A DNA stretch of 32,000 nucleotides, from positions 123,529 through 155,528 of the forward strand of contig NZ_NVQC01000015.1 in NCBI RefSeq assembly GCF_003044035.1, read 5' to 3'. Made by a program: the position numbers and the translations under genes. Position 1 is the first letter of the stretch. Each line of letters starts with the position of its first letter. Positions 15,721-24,487 of this stretch are shown in pieces. The notes under the pieces were generated by a model. The model ran no database searches, was not told the origin of the DNA, and was given only the letters and a program-made list of their open reading frames with translations. The stretch comes from Candidatus Methylomirabilis limnetica (GTDB taxonomy: Bacteria > Methylomirabilota > Methylomirabilia > Methylomirabilales > Methylomirabilaceae).

Positions 15721-17679
15721 CTATGCGATCAGCTCCGCCTCTGCCATCATCTCCATTGGCAGATAGAAGACCTCGGCATAGCCTCGCCTCACTGCTACCA
15801 GGTTATCCCGAACCACCTGCTCGCCTCGCTTGCCAAAGTACTTGCGCAGCGATCGCTCTACCGCCGAGAAGACCTGCTCCTCGGTCAGACGCTGCTCGCG
15901 GAGAAACGGCGTGCAGCGGAGGAAAATCCCCAGCAGGACAATCCCCTGCATTCGTTGCTCCAGGTCAGGAGAGCTGGCGACCTCGCGCGCGATCTTCACG
16001 GTGTCCAGGGCAAGAACCCGGATGCGCCGCTCCCGGATGATCCTCTTCGCATAGTCAGGGATCCGCGCCCAGACCTCCTCCGGCGTCGTCTTGTCGGTCT
16101 GGATGAAGACCATGCCCCCTGTCGCTAAGCCGGCCAGCGGGTTACCTAGATTGAAGGCATTGATGTCATTGAGCGGTACGAAATCGACCTGTCTGAGCTC
16201 GCAATGGGTACGGATCCGCTCTTTGGCCACGGTCAGATAGTAGGATGTGGGCAGCCCCTTTTTCTCGGATCCATACTTTGGGTAGGCCTGGACCTTCAAG
16301 CCGAAGAGATCGCCGACGATCGTGGCGATCACCTTGTTGGTCGTCACCGATCCGAATCCACCGACCGAATGGCCGCGCATCGAGAAGGTGCCGGCCGGCT
16401 GGACGTCCGGATCTTCGGAAGGGAGGAGCGCCAAGTCGTGCTTGATCCCCAGAACGAAGTAGCGAGATCCACCATCGTCGCGCCGCATATTCTCAATAGC
16501 AGCCACGAGATCGCCGGGGCGGATGTCCCTGCTCCCAAGACCGGCAGACCCCGAATAGATGACCGGGATGCGTTCGATTGCCGGGTACCCTGGCGCGCCC
16601 GTCAGCGCATCGGCGAACGCCGCCTTGATCTCGGCGGTGAGAGGGTTCGATTGCGCGGCGGGGTTGTCCATCCGCTCAATCACTGCCATCGCCTTCAGGT
16701 GTTTCGTCGCCTCGACGATCTGCGGTCCTGGAAATGGGCGAAAGCAGGTCACGTGGAGGGCGCCAGCCCGAACTGCGTGACGATCCCGGAGATAATCGAC
16801 GGTGGCCATGGCAGTCTCGACCATCCCCCCCATCCCCACGATGGCGTAGTCGGCATCCTCCAGCCGGTACGCCTCCACCAGGCCATACCGGCGGCCTGTC
16901 AGGGAGTAATATTGCTCCATCACCCGCTCGACAATCTCCGGAAGACGATCGTAGAAGAACCGCTGGGCAATCTTTCCCTTCATGTAGCTGTCCTGATTCT
17001 GCACGACCCCGATCATGATCGGCTTCGACGGGTTCATGAGGTTGCGCAGGCGCGTGCCGGCAGACGGGTCTCCGATGAACTCCTTCATCAGCTCCGGTTC
17101 CGGAAGCAGGAGATTCTCAATCGTGTGCGTGGTGAGAAAGCCGTCCTGCACAGTCATGAAAGGGGTCTCCCCCTCCTCGGCGACGCGGCGGGCGATCAGC
17201 GCCAGATCGGCCACGTCTTGAGCGTTCTTTGCGAAGAGGATGCCCCAGCCCACATCCGCCACGGCCATTACGTCATCGTGACCCGCGTGGACGTTCAGAG
17301 CCTGAGAGGTCAGCGCGCGGGCGCCGATGTGGAAGACCGCCGGGAGCCGCTTTCCGGAAATGGTGTAGAGAACCTCCTTCATCAGGACTAGCCCCTGACC
17401 GGAGGTAAAGTTCGAGACTCGCCCACCGGCCAGGGCAAAACCCTCGCATGAGGAAGCAGAGCTATGCTCTGACTCGGGCTCGAGGAAGAAGAGTGGCTCG
17501 CCCCAGAGGTTGCGTGTGCCATTCGCGACCTCCGCCTGGTACCCGCTCCCCATGTTGGTGGATGGGGTGATCGGATAGGCGCAGGCACCCTGCGTAATAT
17601 GCGAGTCTACCCAGACCACTGCCGCCGAGCCGTCTCCTGTGGCCGGAATGCCTGGAAAAGGAAACCGCTCGCCGGTCAT
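15721..17679 (-). CDS. porA: 2-oxoacid(pyruvate):ferredoxin oxidoreductase, fused alpha-gamma subunit
   Basis: 652 aa. N-terminal AYPITPSTNM pyrimidine-binding domain and C-terminal gamma-like KYGSEKKGLPT. ATGA overlap with the upstream CBS gene. Confidence 0.88.
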   Translation of the reverse strand: MTGERFPFPGIPATGDGSAAVVWVDSHITQGACAYPITPSTNMGSGYQAEVANGTRNLWGEPLFFLEPESEHSSASSCEGFALAGGRVSNFTSGQGLVLMKEVLYTISGKRLPAVFHIGARALTSQALNVHAGHDDVMAVADVGWGILFAKNAQDVADLALIARRVAEEGETPFMTVQDGFLTTHTIENLLLPEPELMKEFIGDPSAGTRLRNLMNPSKPIMIGVVQNQDSYMKGKIAQRFFYDRLPEIVERVMEQYYSLTGRRYGLVEAYRLEDADYAIVGMGGMVETAMATVDYLRDRHAVRAGALHVTCFRPFPGPQIVEATKHLKAMAVIERMDNPAAQSNPLTAEIKAAFADALTGAPGYPAIERIPVIYSGSAGLGSRDIRPGDLVAAIENMRRDDGGSRYFVLGIKHDLALLPSEDPDVQPAGTFSMRGHSVGGFGSVTTNKVIATIVGDLFGLKVQAYPKYGSEKKGLPTSYYLTVAKERIRTHCELRQVDFVPLNDINAFNLGNPLAGLATGGMVFIQTDKTTPEEVWARIPDYAKRIIRERRIRVLALDTVKIAREVASSPDLEQRMQGIVLLGIFLRCTPFLREQRLTEEQVFSAVERSLRKYFGKRGEQVVRDNLVAVRRGYAEVFYLPMEMMAEAELIA

Positions 17680-18092
17680 GACGTCCCCTCTCCCCGAACC
17701 AGTATATCGAGGAGATCGATCTCGGTCACGATCCCAACCAGTGCATTGCCATCCACCACCGGCAGGCAGCCGATCTTTTCCCGGACCATTACCTTCGCTG
17801 CCTCCCGCACAGTGGTTGAAGGGGAGGCCTCGATCAGCTTCCGCGACATGACCTCCACTACCTTCAACTCGTCCATGAACTCCTCGCGCTCACTGGTCGT
17901 CAAGGGCGACTTGGAGGAGGGAGCAGCCTTTCGAAGATCGCGATCGGTGACGATCCCAACCAGACGCTTGCCGTCCATCACAAACAGATGGCGGATGTTA
18001 TGCCGATCAAGGATTCGCTGGGCCTGGCGCAGAGAGGCGTGCGTGTCCACGGTGACCAGCGTCCGATTCATGATCTCTGAAAGCTGCGTCAT
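17676..18092 (-). CDS. Stand-alone CBS-pair protein
   Basis: 138 aa with two CBS motifs (HLFVMDGKRLVGIVTDRD, GCLPVVDGNALVGIVTEID). GAGGAG lies 6-7 nt upstream of the ATG at 18092. Confidence 0.85.
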   Translation of the reverse strand: MTQLSEIMNRTLVTVDTHASLRQAQRILDRHNIRHLFVMDGKRLVGIVTDRDLRKAAPSSKSPLTTSEREEFMDELKVVEVMSRKLIEASPSTTVREAAKVMVREKIGCLPVVDGNALVGIVTEIDLLDILVRGEGTS

Positions 18093-18125
18093 CTGTTTCT
18101 CCTCATAACTACTTAGGTGTTTAGA

Positions 18126-18258
18126 CTGAAGGCTGAAGGCTGAAGGCTATAAATGATCTCGCAAGGCACGAATCAAGCCATTCAAGACCTTCTCGGTTTC
18201 TACGACTTTGTTGTGTGGTCACGCATGACTTACCCCTAAAAGCCTTCAGCCTTCAGCC
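18126..18258. repeat. Inverted heptamer arms, (CTGAAGG)x3 and (CCTTCAG)x2, flanking a unique core of about 92 bp
   Basis: CTGAAGGCTGAAGGCTGAAGGCT at 18126-18148 and AGCCTTCAGCCTTCAGCC at 18241-18258 are reverse complements of each other. Confidence 0.85.
18166..18180 (-). promoter_or_regulatory. Weak sigma54-type promoter candidate ahead of the CBS-PFOR genes
   Basis: The minus strand reads TGGCTT-GATTC-GTGC. GG and GC have the correct -24/-12 spacing, matching 8 of 11 conserved consensus positions. It lies about 75 nt upstream of the ATG at 18092. Confidence 0.3.
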
Positions 18259-18283
18259 TATCTACCTGAATAGTCTCTGCTCC

Positions 18284-19390
18284 TCACCATAAGGCCATCC
18301 CAAGTGGGCGCTTGCCGACAGGCACTCGCCCTACCGTTTCCTGGGACAGCAGGTTGATCACGGAGATATCGTCCGATCCGTTGTTAGCCACAAAGGCGTA
18401 CCGCCCGTCGCCCGAGATGACGATGTTGTGGGGATGGGTCCCTACAGGGATCGTCCCTACCACGGTGCTGGTTCGCGTTGAGATGACCGTCACGTCGCCC
18501 CCTCCCGTATTGGTCACATAGATGTAGTGACCGGATGGGGTGATATCGGCGTCGCTTGGTTCCTTCCCCACGGGGATTGTCGCCACCACCTGATGGTTCG
18601 CCATCTGGATAACGCTGAGGTTGTCCGAGCCTCTATTGATCACGTACGCAAAGGCCCCACCGGGGCCGAACACCACGTGATGCGGGTCGTCACCGACGGG
18701 GATTCTGCGCAACGGCTTCTGAGTTGCGGTCTCAATGAGGGTAACGGTGTCTGAATCGGCGCTGGAGACCAGCAGGAATTTGCCATCAGGAGAGATCTCG
18801 ACGGCATATGGCCTCACGCCGACCGGTAGCTCCGCCGCAACGACATTCAGTGAAAGGTTCAGCGCGGCAACGGTACTGGATCGCTCGCTTGGAACATAGG
18901 CGCGGCTACCATCCGAGGAGATGCCGATCGTGGTCGGCGCTTCTCCAACCGGGATCATCGCAACCTTCTTTCCGGTGGCAGTCTCAATCACCGTGACGCG
19001 ACTGTACAGACTATTGGTAACGTAGGCATAGGTCGCGCCGGATCCAAACACAGTCTGGCCCCCTGGGCCGGTAGCATTGGGCACTATAGTGGCGGCGTGC
19101 GTGGGCAAGGCCAGAATCCAGACCTCAGCCGAACGGCTACACGCGACAAAGGCATAACGCCGATCCGGGCTGATTGCGACATGCTGCGGGCCAGAGCCCA
19201 CAGCAATGGTGCTGGTCACCTTCATTGACCCGACATCCATAACCGAGACCGTATCCGAGCCCTCATTTGCGACATAGAGCGTCTGCGTACCGCGCACACC
19301 TACCCCGTGCGCGAGCGCATCCGAACGAATGATCAGCAGCGTTGCCATCGCCAAGATGCCGATGTTCACGGCACGCCGGACTGCCGTCAT
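18284..19390 (-). CDS. Secreted YVTN-family beta-propeller repeat protein (8 repeats)
   Basis: N-terminal signal-like MTAVRRAVNIGILAMATLLIIRSDALAHG. Eight repeats of about 40 aa each carry Y/F-V-x-N/S...D-x-V/I-S/T-V-I/M (YVANEGSDTVSVMD, YVTNSLYSRVTVIE, YVINRGSDNLSVIQ, YVTNTGGGDVTVIS, FVANNGSDDISVIN and others). Confidence 0.85.
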   Translation of the reverse strand: MTAVRRAVNIGILAMATLLIIRSDALAHGVGVRGTQTLYVANEGSDTVSVMDVGSMKVTSTIAVGSGPQHVAISPDRRYAFVACSRSAEVWILALPTHAATIVPNATGPGGQTVFGSGATYAYVTNSLYSRVTVIETATGKKVAMIPVGEAPTTIGISSDGSRAYVPSERSSTVAALNLSLNVVAAELPVGVRPYAVEISPDGKFLLVSSADSDTVTLIETATQKPLRRIPVGDDPHHVVFGPGGAFAYVINRGSDNLSVIQMANHQVVATIPVGKEPSDADITPSGHYIYVTNTGGGDVTVISTRTSTVVGTIPVGTHPHNIVISGDGRYAFVANNGSDDISVINLLSQETVGRVPVGKRPLGMALW

Positions 19391-19391
19391 G

Positions 19392-19853
19392 TCACCCCTC
19401 CCCTCTCGTCACCAGCCTCACTTCTTGAGTCCCCTGCTCCATCTCTTCGACTGGGCTCAGGCCAGGTCCTGCGGCCCGTTGCTTGTTGGAGGTCAGGGCG
19501 ATCTGGACAATCTGATCGAGCTCATCACAATCAAAAGGCTTGAGCAGATAATAGAAGACACCATGTTGAAGAACCTGGCGACCCGCTTCGAGCGACCGGT
19601 CACCCGACAAGACAATCAGGGGCAAGCGAGGCCGAATCTTTCGGAGAATCTCAACGGTCTTCACGCCAGCAGGCTCATCTATCGAGAGATCGATAATCAC
19701 CAGCCCGACGTTCTGCTCGACAACGGCCAGTAACGCATCACAGCATCTCTCGACAGCAACGGCCTGATACCCCTTCGCCGATGCGCGGCTGAGGATCTGC
19801 TGCCGAATCGATAACTCTGACGTGACGATCAAAACCTTCCGCTGACCACTCAT
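19392..19853 (-). CDS. Stand-alone response-regulator receiver (CheY-like) protein
   Basis: 153 aa. Phospho-acceptor context LVIIDLSIDE, IVLSG (Ser/Thr) and YYLLKPF (Lys). The N-terminal acidic pair is degenerate (IVTSE instead of DD/DE). The stop is 1 nt before the YVTN ATG. Confidence 0.8.
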   Translation of the reverse strand: MSGQRKVLIVTSELSIRQQILSRASAKGYQAVAVERCCDALLAVVEQNVGLVIIDLSIDEPAGVKTVEILRKIRPRLPLIVLSGDRSLEAGRQVLQHGVFYYLLKPFDCDELDQIVQIALTSNKQRAAGPGLSPVEEMEQGTQEVRLVTRGEG

Positions 19854-19869
19854 AATGCCGGCCCTTCTC

Positions 19870-19897
19870 CCTGATAGCCATCAGCTAACAGCCGTCA
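19870..19897. repeat. Tandem heptamer tract (NNNNCAG x4, three units NNNTCAG) in the receiver-gene leader
   Basis: Repeat units CTGATAG CCATCAG CTAACAG CCGTCAG, located between the sigma54 promoter and the SD. Confidence 0.75.
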
Positions 19898-19907
19898 GCT
19901 TATGTGG

Positions 19908-19923
19908 GAGCAATTCCGGTGCC
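19908..19923 (-). promoter_or_regulatory. Sigma54 (-24/-12) promoter of the receiver/YVTN operon
   Basis: The minus strand reads TGGCAC-CGGAA-TTGCT, which matches the TGGCAC-N5-TTGCW consensus exactly. The -12 element is about 55 nt upstream of the ATG at 19853. Confidence 0.75.
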
Positions 19924-20285
19924 AACGACCCCACGATCCCTGCCGTTCCAGCGCCTCGCCTAACTCATTGAAACGATGAGATCTCTTTCCCGAAAGTCGC
20001 TGACGTCTGAAGGCATGCCCTGGCACCCCAGCGCTAGGCTGGGACGAACTACCCCAGCCCGAAGTCAGAGAAGCGGGGTAACCACTTGAAAACTAAAGGA
20101 CAGGGATGTGGGACACGCATGCCCCAATAAGAAGCTGGATGTCCCAGCAGCGGTAATCTGTTCAGCCGCTGATAGGACGCGATCATTGGGCCATCCATTC
20201 TCAATTCACAACTTCGGGCTTGCCCACAGCCGAATTCTAAGTCATAATAAAGACGGGTAGAAAATAATCTGCTAAGGAGGATACG

Positions 20286-20537
20286 ATGACCCTAAACATC
20301 AAGGACCCCGCGACCCACACCCTCGCGCAAATCCTGGCCAAGGAAACAGGCGAGACGATGACCCATGCGGTAACGGAAGCGATCCGCGAACGCCTGGAAC
20401 GTATCCGCCGACAGCGCAAACCCGACGCCACCGTCGCCGACCTCCTCGCCATTGGCCGCCGCTGCGCCAGCACGCTCAAAGGCAGACCCGTGGACCATGG
20501 CGCCCTACTATATGATGAGCGCGGGGTGCCGCGATGA
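20286..20537 (+). CDS. vapB: Type II antitoxin VapB (Rv0623/PSK-type)
   Basis: 83 aa. AAGGAGG lies 6 nt upstream. MTLNIKDPATHTLAQILAKETGETMTHAVTEAIRERLERIRR is the typical pattern of this family. ATGA overlap with the PIN gene. Confidence 0.75.
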   Translation: MTLNIKDPATHTLAQILAKETGETMTHAVTEAIRERLERIRRQRKPDATVADLLAIGRRCASTLKGRPVDHGALLYDERGVPR

Positions 20538-20923
20538 TCGTAGACAGCTCAGCAGTACTCGCGATTCTGTTTAACGAGCGCGACGCCGACACCTATGCCC
20601 ACGCGCTCGCCCGGGCCGATGTCTGCCGAATGTCCGCCGCCAACTTCGTCGAAGTGGCGATCGTCGTCGAAGCGCAAACTACTGAGAGCGGCAGCCGGCA
20701 GTTAGACGCCTTCTTCCGGCGCGCCGGCATCGCCATCGAAGCCGTGACTGAGGAGCAGGCGCACGTGGCGCGGCAGGCCTATACGGATTTCGGGAAGGGC
20801 CGGCATCCGGCCGGCCTGAACTTCGGCGATTGCTTCGCCTATGCGCTCGCCAAGGTCACCGGCGAGTCGCTCCTCTTTAAGGGTGAGGATTTCAACAAAA
20901 CCGACATCACGTCCGCTCTCTGA
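20534..20923 (+). CDS. vapC: PIN-domain ribonuclease toxin VapC
   Basis: 129 aa. The acidic PIN residues are in MIVDSS, FVEV, GDCFAYA and GEDF. Confidence 0.85.
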   Translation: MIVDSSAVLAILFNERDADTYAHALARADVCRMSAANFVEVAIVVEAQTTESGSRQLDAFFRRAGIAIEAVTEEQAHVARQAYTDFGKGRHPAGLNFGDCFAYALAKVTGESLLFKGEDFNKTDITSAL

Positions 20924-20974
20924 ACGTGAATTCCCGCGTTAGATGAGGTCAGCTCTCAGCCGGGATCTGGGCCC

Positions 20975-22831
20975 CTAGGACTTCTGGGGCTGAAGCAACT
21001 GCGTCAGGGCCTCCCGATCGACCACCTCCTTTTCCAGTAGCAGCTTGCCAAGCGCGTCCAATTCGCCGCGTCTGGCGGCAAGCGTCTGCTCGACTCGGGT
21101 GTGGGCATCGTCCAGGAGCTTCCGGATCTCCTCATCGATCGCCTGAGCAGTCTGCTCGCTATACTCCCGTACCCCCTGAGGCTTCGAGATATTGAGGAAG
21201 GCAGAGGCACGCGGCTCTTCGAACGTCGCCAAGCCGAGATGTTCGCTCATCCCGTACTGGGTCACCATGAGGCGGGCCATATCGGTGGCCCGCTGGAGAT
21301 CATCCTGGGCCCCGGTGGAGACGTCCCCGAAAACGAGTTCTTCGGCCACCCGACCCCCCAGGAGCACGTCGAGTCGATCAAGGAGGTCGGCCCTTTTGAG
21401 CAGGTACCGATCCTCCGTGGGCAACTGCTGCGTGTAGCCGAGCGCGGCCACACCGCGAGGGATGATGGAGATCTTCGAGACGCGGTCGGCGCGAGGGCGG
21501 GACTCCGCTACCAGGGCATGGCCGGCCTCGTGGTAGGCGACCGTTTCTTTCTCCGCGGGATTCATCACCCGGGTCTTCTTTTCGAGGCCGCCCACGATCC
21601 GGTCGATCGCCTCATCGAAATCCGCCATCTCCACCGCATCCTTGCCCTTCCGCGCAGCAAGAAGCGCCGCCTCGTTCACCAGGTTGGCCAGATCGGCGCC
21701 CACGAACCCCGGGGTCCTCGCGGCGATGACCGAGAGGTCAACCTCTGGCGAGAGCTTGACCGGCTTGGCATGCACCTGGAGGATCTTCTCCCGACCCCTG
21801 ATATCGGGGCGATCGAGGGCTATGTGTCGGTCGAAACGCCCGGGGCGGAGCAAGGCTGGATCGAGGATCTCCGGGCGGTTCGTCGCGGCCAGGATGATCA
21901 CGCCCTTGTTCGTGTCGAAGCCGTCCATCTCCACCAGCAGTTGGTTGAGGGTCTGCTCGCGTTCATCGTGTCCGCCCATCGGATTGAGCCCGCGAGCCTT
22001 TCCGAGAGCATCCAGCTCATCGATAAAGATGATGCAGGGGGCCTTTTCTTGAGCCTGGGCAAAGAGGTCCCGCACCCGAGCCGCCCCGACCCCCACGAAC
22101 ATCTCGACGAATTCCGACCCACTCATGCTAAAGAATGGGACCCCTGCCTCCCCGGCCACCGCCTTGGCCAGCAGCGTCTTCCCGGTCCCTGGGGCCCCGA
22201 CGATCAGGGCCCCTTTGGGGATCTTCCCCCCAAGCCGACGGTACCGCTCGGGCGTCTTCAGGAATTCGACAATCTCCATCAGCTCAGTACGCGCCTCGTC
22301 GATCCCCGCCACATCTGCGAAGGTCACGCCAGTCTCTTTCTCCATGTACACTTTAGCCTTGCTCTTCCCAATCGCCATCAGACCGCTCGCCGGTCCTCCG
22401 ACCCGCTTCATGAGAAACGCCCACACACCAACAAAGATCAGAGCAGGGAGTACCCAGGAGAGCAGGGTGATAAACCATGTGCTCTCCACCTCGCCAGCGA
22501 AACGCACCTTCGAAGCCTCCAGCTCCTGGATCAGGGTCGGATCGCTGACCCGGATGGTCACGAATCGATGCTCCCCATCGGCTAACCGTTGAATCTCCTC
22601 CACCTTCTCTTTGGAGAGGAGCCCCTCGAGCCCCTCCCGCTTTAGCCGCCCGGAGATGATACGCTCACCGAGGGACAGGTCTTCCACCTTGCTGGCTTTC
22701 AGGAGTACCTTGAAATCGCTGTACAAGAGGGTCTCAGTGTGGCGGGCTATCAGGAACTCGTGAATCCCCAGCACAAGCCAAAAGGCGGCTATGAAGTACC
22801 AGAGAGCAAACTGCCGTTGCTTCTTTTCCAT
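20975..22831 (-). CDS. ftsH: ATP-dependent zinc metalloprotease FtsH
   Basis: Walker A GAPGTGKT, Walker B IIFIDELD, zinc site HEAGHA and N-terminal TM segments. I prefer the ATG at 22831 (AAGGAG 8 nt upstream) over the track GTG at 22840. Confidence 0.95.
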   Translation of the reverse strand: MEKKQRQFALWYFIAAFWLVLGIHEFLIARHTETLLYSDFKVLLKASKVEDLSLGERIISGRLKREGLEGLLSKEKVEEIQRLADGEHRFVTIRVSDPTLIQELEASKVRFAGEVESTWFITLLSWVLPALIFVGVWAFLMKRVGGPASGLMAIGKSKAKVYMEKETGVTFADVAGIDEARTELMEIVEFLKTPERYRRLGGKIPKGALIVGAPGTGKTLLAKAVAGEAGVPFFSMSGSEFVEMFVGVGAARVRDLFAQAQEKAPCIIFIDELDALGKARGLNPMGGHDEREQTLNQLLVEMDGFDTNKGVIILAATNRPEILDPALLRPGRFDRHIALDRPDIRGREKILQVHAKPVKLSPEVDLSVIAARTPGFVGADLANLVNEAALLAARKGKDAVEMADFDEAIDRIVGGLEKKTRVMNPAEKETVAYHEAGHALVAESRPRADRVSKISIIPRGVAALGYTQQLPTEDRYLLKRADLLDRLDVLLGGRVAEELVFGDVSTGAQDDLQRATDMARLMVTQYGMSEHLGLATFEEPRASAFLNISKPQGVREYSEQTAQAIDEEIRKLLDDAHTRVEQTLAARRGELDALGKLLLEKEVVDREALTQLLQPQKS

Positions 22832-22993
22832 CGCGCTCACTCCTTAAGCCAAACCACTATTCCCCTTCGTTGAGTAGCCCCAGTGTGTCACAGCCCATGC
22901 CTACTTTTCAAGGGGATCAGTATAACCCCTACAATTTTCGGAAGAACCACACTGTTACCAAGGTCCCCAGAACGGACGGTTTTGTCTTGCCAT

Positions 22994-23125
22994 GAGCCTA
23001 TCCTGCAAACCCCTTGTTGTGCTTCGACTGGCTCAGCACGAACGGGAAAGCGTCAATCTTTTTAATGTCCATTCCGTTCGCCCTGAGCATGTCGAAGGGT
23101 GAACGGGGGTTTGCGGGACAGGCTC
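22994..23125. repeat. 132-bp imperfect palindrome built from TTCGAC..GCTCAG..CGAACGG motif units
   Basis: The outer arms GAGCCTATCCTGCAAACCCC and GGGGTTTGCGGGACAGGCTC pair at 18/20. The inner arms CTTCGACTGGCTCAGCACGAACGG and CCGTTCGCCCTGAGCATGTCGAAG pair at 20/24. Confidence 0.8.
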
Positions 23126-23187
23126 AATAGTGTCTGTCCCTATTTCCTATACAATCGCCAATATCTCGACAGAGGGATTCCGCTCAT

Positions 23188-23212
23188 GGTTCGACAAGCT
23201 CACCACGAACGG
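23188..23212 (+). repeat. Solo copy of the GGTTCGACAAGCTCACCACGAACGG motif
   Basis: Same motif family as 23022-23045, 23074-23097 (inverted) and 24694-24718. Flanked by ATTCCG/CGGAAT. Confidence 0.7.
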
Positions 23213-23352
23213 AATCTAAAGGGGATTTATGACGCACTACGATAGCGAAGAGGAGAAGACTGGCAATCCTTGACCGACGAGAGCTTCTGATGCTGCGGGA
23301 TCAGAGAGGCGTAGAGAGGTGGAGGCCAACGATCAGGCGCACAGATGATCTC

Positions 23353-24447
23353 TCAGGGGAACTGCTGGAGGAAGCGAAGGTCGTTGCCGTGGAAGAAGCG
23401 GATGTCGTCGATGCCGTACTTGAGCATGGCTACGCGCGCTGGCCCTAGACCGAACGCGAAGCCGGAGTAGCGTGCCGGGTCGTACCCAACGCGCGTCAGG
23501 ACATTCGGATGCACCATCCCTGCGCCCAGGATCTCCAGCCACCCGCTCTCCTTGCACAGCCGGCAGCCCGCGCCCTTGCAGCGGAAACAATCGATCGACA
23601 TATCGACGCCCGGCTCGACGAAGGGAAAATAGTCACACCGAAAGCGGATCTTCCGGTCTTTGCCAAACAGGCGCTGAACGAAGGTATACAATGTCCCCTT
23701 CAGATCGGCGAAGGTCACGCCCTCATCGACCGCCAGCCCTTCGATCTGATGAAACTGACTCTCGTGGCTGGCGTCCACCGCTTCGTACCGATAACAGGTC
23801 CCTGGCACCACCACGCGGATCGGTGGCTTGGTCTGTTCCATGATTCGGATCTGCATCGGTGAGGTGTGCGTTCTGAGCAGCATTGGTTTATCGACCGAGA
23901 TGCTTGCCGGATCAATCCAGAAGGTGTCCCACATGTCCCGGGCCGGGTGATCCTCTGGAATGTTCAGGGCCTCGAAGTTATAGTAGTCCCACTCAACATC
24001 AGGCCCCTCGATGACGGCGAAACCCATCTCTACGAAGACTTGGCAGATCTCACGCATGATCTGCGTCAGGGGATGCAGGCGCCCCAACGTCGGACGCCGC
24101 CCTGGAAGGGTGATGTCGATCTGGTCTGTTGCCAGCACATCATCACTTGGGATCGATTCCAGGCTCGCCCGCTGGGCTGTAATGCTCGCTTCAATCGCTT
24201 GCTTAACCTGGTTGGCCAACAGACCGATCACTGGCCGCTCCTGAGGCGACAGCGTAACCAATTGCCGAAGGATCGCCGTCAATCTGGCCTTGCGGCCGAG
24301 AAAATGCACGCGCGCCCGTTCGAGCTGTGCCGCGTCTGCGCTCTGCTGAATCTGATCGAGAGCCGCCGCTCTTAGATCCTCCAGCTCCTGCCTCAGCGCC
24401 TCCACCTCTCCTCCATAACACAAAGCCCCGACACGGGGTCGGGGCAT
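23353..24447 (-). CDS. pheS: Phenylalanine--tRNA ligase alpha subunit
   Basis: Class II aaRS motifs are present (FPFVEPG, GAGMVHPNVL). The start is uncertain. A GTG at 24405, preceded by GGAGGA, would give a more typical 350 aa. Confidence 0.93.
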   Translation of the reverse strand: MPRPRVGALCYGGEVEALRQELEDLRAAALDQIQQSADAAQLERARVHFLGRKARLTAILRQLVTLSPQERPVIGLLANQVKQAIEASITAQRASLESIPSDDVLATDQIDITLPGRRPTLGRLHPLTQIMREICQVFVEMGFAVIEGPDVEWDYYNFEALNIPEDHPARDMWDTFWIDPASISVDKPMLLRTHTSPMQIRIMEQTKPPIRVVVPGTCYRYEAVDASHESQFHQIEGLAVDEGVTFADLKGTLYTFVQRLFGKDRKIRFRCDYFPFVEPGVDMSIDCFRCKGAGCRLCKESGWLEILGAGMVHPNVLTRVGYDPARYSGFAFGLGPARVAMLKYGIDDIRFFHGNDLRFLQQFP

Positions 24448-24487
24448 ACCTCAGTCCACAACTATGCGATCCTTAGGCCCAATACTA

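Noticed and set aside
20020-20035. Plus-strand TGGCAC at 20020 as a sigma54 promoter for vapBC
   Set aside because: The -12 region reads CGCT with the GC shifted by one position, so there is no TTGC. It also lies 250 bp from the vapB start.
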